This document shows positions 60,514 to 64,000 of a stretch of 64,000 bases of DNA, piece after piece. The notes beneath the pieces are model-generated. The model had not been told where the DNA came from. It saw only the letters and a list, made by a program, of their open reading frames with translations, and searched no databases. A program made the position numbers and the translations under genes. The DNA comes from Fonticula alba ATCC 38817 (taxonomy: Eukaryota > Protista > Nucleariida), in assembly GCA_000388065.2 (NCBI GenBank), contig KB932204.1; one strand, written 5' to 3'. Within the stretch, counting starts at the first letter, position 1. The number at the start of each line of letters is the position of its first letter.

Positions 60514-61825
60514 ATGGGCGATCTGCCGCAGCAGGCGCGCAGTCCGCGCACCCCTGGCAGGTCGCCCTCTTTCGATGCGGGGCGTCTTCGTCAGCCGGGA
60601 CAACATCCGCCCCGTGAAGTCCGCAAGTCGGTGGAGGTGCGTCTCGCTGGGGGTTCTCTCTCTCTCTCTCTCTCTCCGGGAATTGCCGTCGCCGGTTGCC
60701 GCATCGGCTTCCTCCTGACCGCCGGACCTTTAACATGGGCTCCCCCCCCCCCCCCCCCCCCCCCCCCCCCTGCAGCAACTCCAACACTACCTGTCCTCCA
60801 AGGAGCAGGGACAAGTCCGATCGCAGGAGCTCCATGCCCTGGCGGGCTATCTGTATCAGCCGTACTTCCTGCACAGTCCGCGCTTCGCCGAGGCCGGGCC
60901 GGCATCGCCCTTGCTGGAGGGCAACACGGGCCCGTGGGCCGAGCCGCCGCGCGCGCACGCCGACCTCGGCACTCGCCAGCTGGTGGCCTGCTGCCTGGTG
61001 GATGTCCTCATTTTGTCGGCCCCGGAGCCGCCATTCCCCGATGGTCCGACCGGGCTGCTGCGTGTCATGCGGCTGCTGGTGGATTGTCTGCTGCGCTTCG
61101 AGGCGCCGGCGGGTCCCGGCTCCGCGGACGCTGGCGCCGACATCCAGGGACAGCCCAATCGCCGGGACGCCTATCTCCTTGGGCGGCTGGCTCTGAGCCA
61201 CTCATTGGCCATCCTGCCGGCATTGCGTGACGATCCCGAGGCTCTGGCCGGGCCGCCCGGCCCCTCGGGCATGGCCCAGCCCGTTGGCCGGCATGTGGCT
61301 GCCGAGGCCGACCGGCTGGTGGCCTGCGCCCTGGCCGGCCTGCTGGGGCTCCTTCGGCGCTTGGCTCAAAGTGGCGGGGCCGATCCGCACCGCCTCCGCG
61401 AGGCAGCCTACGAATGTGCCGAGCAGCTGATCGCCGAAGGGGACCTTGTTCCGGCGCTGCTGGTGGACATGCTGCTGCTGGACAATCTGGCTGACATGTG
61501 CGGGATCCTGGCCCGCGGCATGGGGGACGCCGTGCCCCCGGCCGGGGGGGCTTTCCCCTGCCACCAGTGCCTCGGCCCGGTGACGGAGGGCACACCCTCG
61601 CCCAGCATGGAGGACTTCCTCTGACGACTGTCTCTGCTGTCCGGCCGGGTGGCCCCCGGGCCGGCGACCTCCCTGGAGCCGGGCTTCATCCGGTGCTCCT
61701 GCTTTGCCGGCTACTGCGCTCGGTCGCTGGCCGGATCGCTGGTCACCAGGCGCCTCTTCCGCGCGCTTTGGGACATTCTCGGACCCCACGTTGAGCAGGT
61801 GCGCCTTTCGCCCGCCCGTGCACAT

Positions 61826-61879
<54 letters not shown>

Positions 61880-64000
61880 CCAAGAGGATCCCTCACCGGC
61901 TATGGGCAGTGGCTGCTCGCCTCGTCGGCCAGCTCTCGTCCGGATGCTCGCATGGTGGCTGACGCGCCGGCCATGCCCGGCAGGCACCTCCCCCGGCATG
62001 TGGTGAAAATGCGCATTCTAACAAGTCTCCCCCCTCTCCCCGCCCCGGTGCCCTGGAACACACACCCACTTCGATCGCGTCGGGAAACCCCCCACCCAGC
62101 GTTGCTCGAATCTCCTGGCTCCCGGGCCCCATGCATCGGCTGGCGATGCGCCTGTTGCCCCGGCACTGCCCCTGCCGACTCTCCTGCGGCGGCTTCCTGC
62201 CTTGCTGACCGGTGAGCCTGGGCTGCCGCCGGTGCTGGTCCATGCCCTTGGCGCGCGTGCGGCCTTTGTCGAGGGGGTCCTCCGCGTGCACCTTGGTGCT
62301 GGGGTCTTGCTGCCGGCTGGGATTCCCGCCGGGCCAACCTGTGCCGGACTCCTGGTAGCCGGCATGCTTGTGGGCCCTGGCGATCTGGCGGACCTGCTGC
62401 ATGGGCTCACGGTGCGATCGGCCATCTTCACCGACACCGAGGATCCCCTGCGCCTTGACCGCTGTCCATGGGGAGACAGTCCGGGCACCTCGCCAGGGCA
62501 GCTGGCTCCCAGACCGGTGCGGCTCTTTTCCCGGGCTCTGCTCGCTGCGCCGGGGCTGTCGCGCGGCCTGTTGCTCGCGCTGCTGGTGCTGCAGCGATCT
62601 CCGGCAGCCTGGCAGCGTGGGCTCAGCTGCGGTTTGCTGGCCGGGCTGCTGGGCTGCGAGTCTTTCCATCGGGCACAATCGGCGCCGGTGATGGTCGGAG
62701 CCATGGCGCCCGACCAGTCCCCCGGCGACTTGGCCCTGGCGGTGGGGGCCAAATTCGAGCATCTCGTCTGGCCGCTGCTCTTCGAGCGCCTGCGTGATCG
62801 GGATGTCTGGGTGCGCGCGGTGGCCGCCTCCTGGCTGGGGCGTTTGGTTCGGAAGCTTGTGACCGGTGGCGGGACGGAGTCGGGGCCGGAGGCCTTGCTC
62901 CGGCGCTTGGTCGGCCCCGGTGGCCAGTCGGCCACCTTGCGGGACCTGGGCCCGGGGGTCCGGCTGCTGGTGCAGGCATCGGGCGACACGGCCGACCGGG
63001 TCCGCCTGCAAGCCACCACCACCTTGGCCAGCTTCCTGGATGCGTTGCTCCAACAGGCAGACCGGCGGGCGGGCGGCTGGCTGGGGGCGTCTTTGCGGCG
63101 CGCCTTCGCCGAGCCGGCCCCGCCGGCCGGCGACCCGGCGCCCGGCGGCCTCCCCCCGGTCGAGGGCACCGAGGGGGCTCGCAGCACCGGCATGCGGCCA
63201 TGCTTGGCCTCGGTTGTCACGCGGCTGGCGGATTCCTGCCTCCAAGCGGAGGATATCCCCTCGGCCGCCGGCGCCGGCCGGGCACTGCATCGGCTGCTGA
63301 CGCTGATGCTGGTGCTGCCGGGCGGCGCGGCCGCCCCCACCGGGCCCGAGGTCCTGCGAGAGCTCCTCTGTCGTGATCCGCTTGGGGGCTTCTGCCGGGA
63401 GTGCCACATCCCGGCGTGTGGTCGCTTGCTGGCCGGCCGGCTGGCCGGCCTGAGCGCGGCCCGGGGGCTGGCGACGCGCGCGGCCTTCGGGCTGGCTTTC
63501 CCCTGGCCCGGAGCCACGGCCGCGGGCCGCGCCTCGGCCGACGCCGGCGACCCTGGGGCCGCGATTGGCTGGCTCCTGGCACGACTGGACCCGGAGCAGC
63601 AGCAGCAGCTGGCCCGGGGCACCGGGCGCCGGGAGGCCGAGGCCAGCGCCGCGCTGCTTCGCTGCCTGGCCATCGGGGAGGCGGTTCTCCGGGCGGATCC
63701 CGGGGCGCCACTGCCCGAGGCCCTGCAGGCGCAGTTGGCACGGGCGGGCTCGGCCCCCGCCGGGCCGGATGACCCTCGCCGGCGTCGTCAGCAACTTTTG
63801 CTGGCCTTCCAGGGGGACCTGGCCCGCGGGCTCGGCAGCGACCTCGGCGCACGGCACATGGGTCGCCTGGTGCTGCTGGCCGCGGAGGAGCGCCGGCAAA
63901 CCGGCCGGACGCTGGCCATCCCGGCGGCCTTGCCCCCGCCCGGGGGCTGGTTCCTCCCGGGCTGGACCCCGGTTCAGGTGCTGGAGGTGGTCCTCGGCCG
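60514..64000 (+). CDS. Large HEAT/ARM-like helical repeat protein, 3'-incomplete, family not identified
   Basis: Exons 60514-60636, 60776-at least 61498, uncertain middle, then an open frame from 62217 to the window end. HEAT-like LLFERLRDRDVWVRAVAASWLG and LVQASGDTADRVRLQATTTL. In-frame TGA at 61622-61624 is unresolved. Confidence 0.6.
61826..61879. repeat. (GCAC)~13 tetranucleotide repeat, intronic
   Basis: Direct reading; follows the donor gtgcgc at 61799. Confidence 0.9.

Noticed and set aside
59059-60606. 515-aa minus-strand ORF between ATG2 and the HEAT gene (also 28329-29975 and 32345-34105)
   Set aside because: Low-complexity Arg/Gly/Pro-rich translations of promoter or antisense DNA, without codon bias or motifs.

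Overview
GC-rich, intron-rich eukaryotic nuclear DNA with several N-gaps. Codon bias, gene content and microsatellites fit a unicellular holomycotan such as Fonticula alba; this is inference, not verified. I reconstructed 17 protein-coding genes by hand: ZIP zinc transporter, small ankyrin protein, Erv41/ERGIC2-like, FAAH-like amidase, methionine synthase reductase, an RRM-CCCH-W2 protein, mitochondrial EF-Ts, cyclin L, NAA38, EngB GTPase, a centrosomin-motif protein, a small complex I subunit, MED31, ANKRD13, an LRR-only protein, ATG2, and a HEAT-like protein cut by the window end. There are also 7 tRNA genes. I found no transposon, CRISPR, viral or rRNA signature. Most long ORFs in the supplied track are antisense shadows. 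The best leads are: (1) a splice code with +4C at about 55 of 67 inferred donors (GTRCGY, no GTRAGT) and AAG/GAG or purine-tract acceptors; (2) an RRM+CCCH+W2 domain fusion; (3) an LRR gene built from 84-nt phase-1 exons inside a tRNA cluster; (4) an ATG2 with a shortened C-terminus ending in a LIR-like motif; (5) an in-frame TGA inside coding-like sequence of the HEAT gene. All exon boundaries were inferred by eye and need RNA-seq confirmation.
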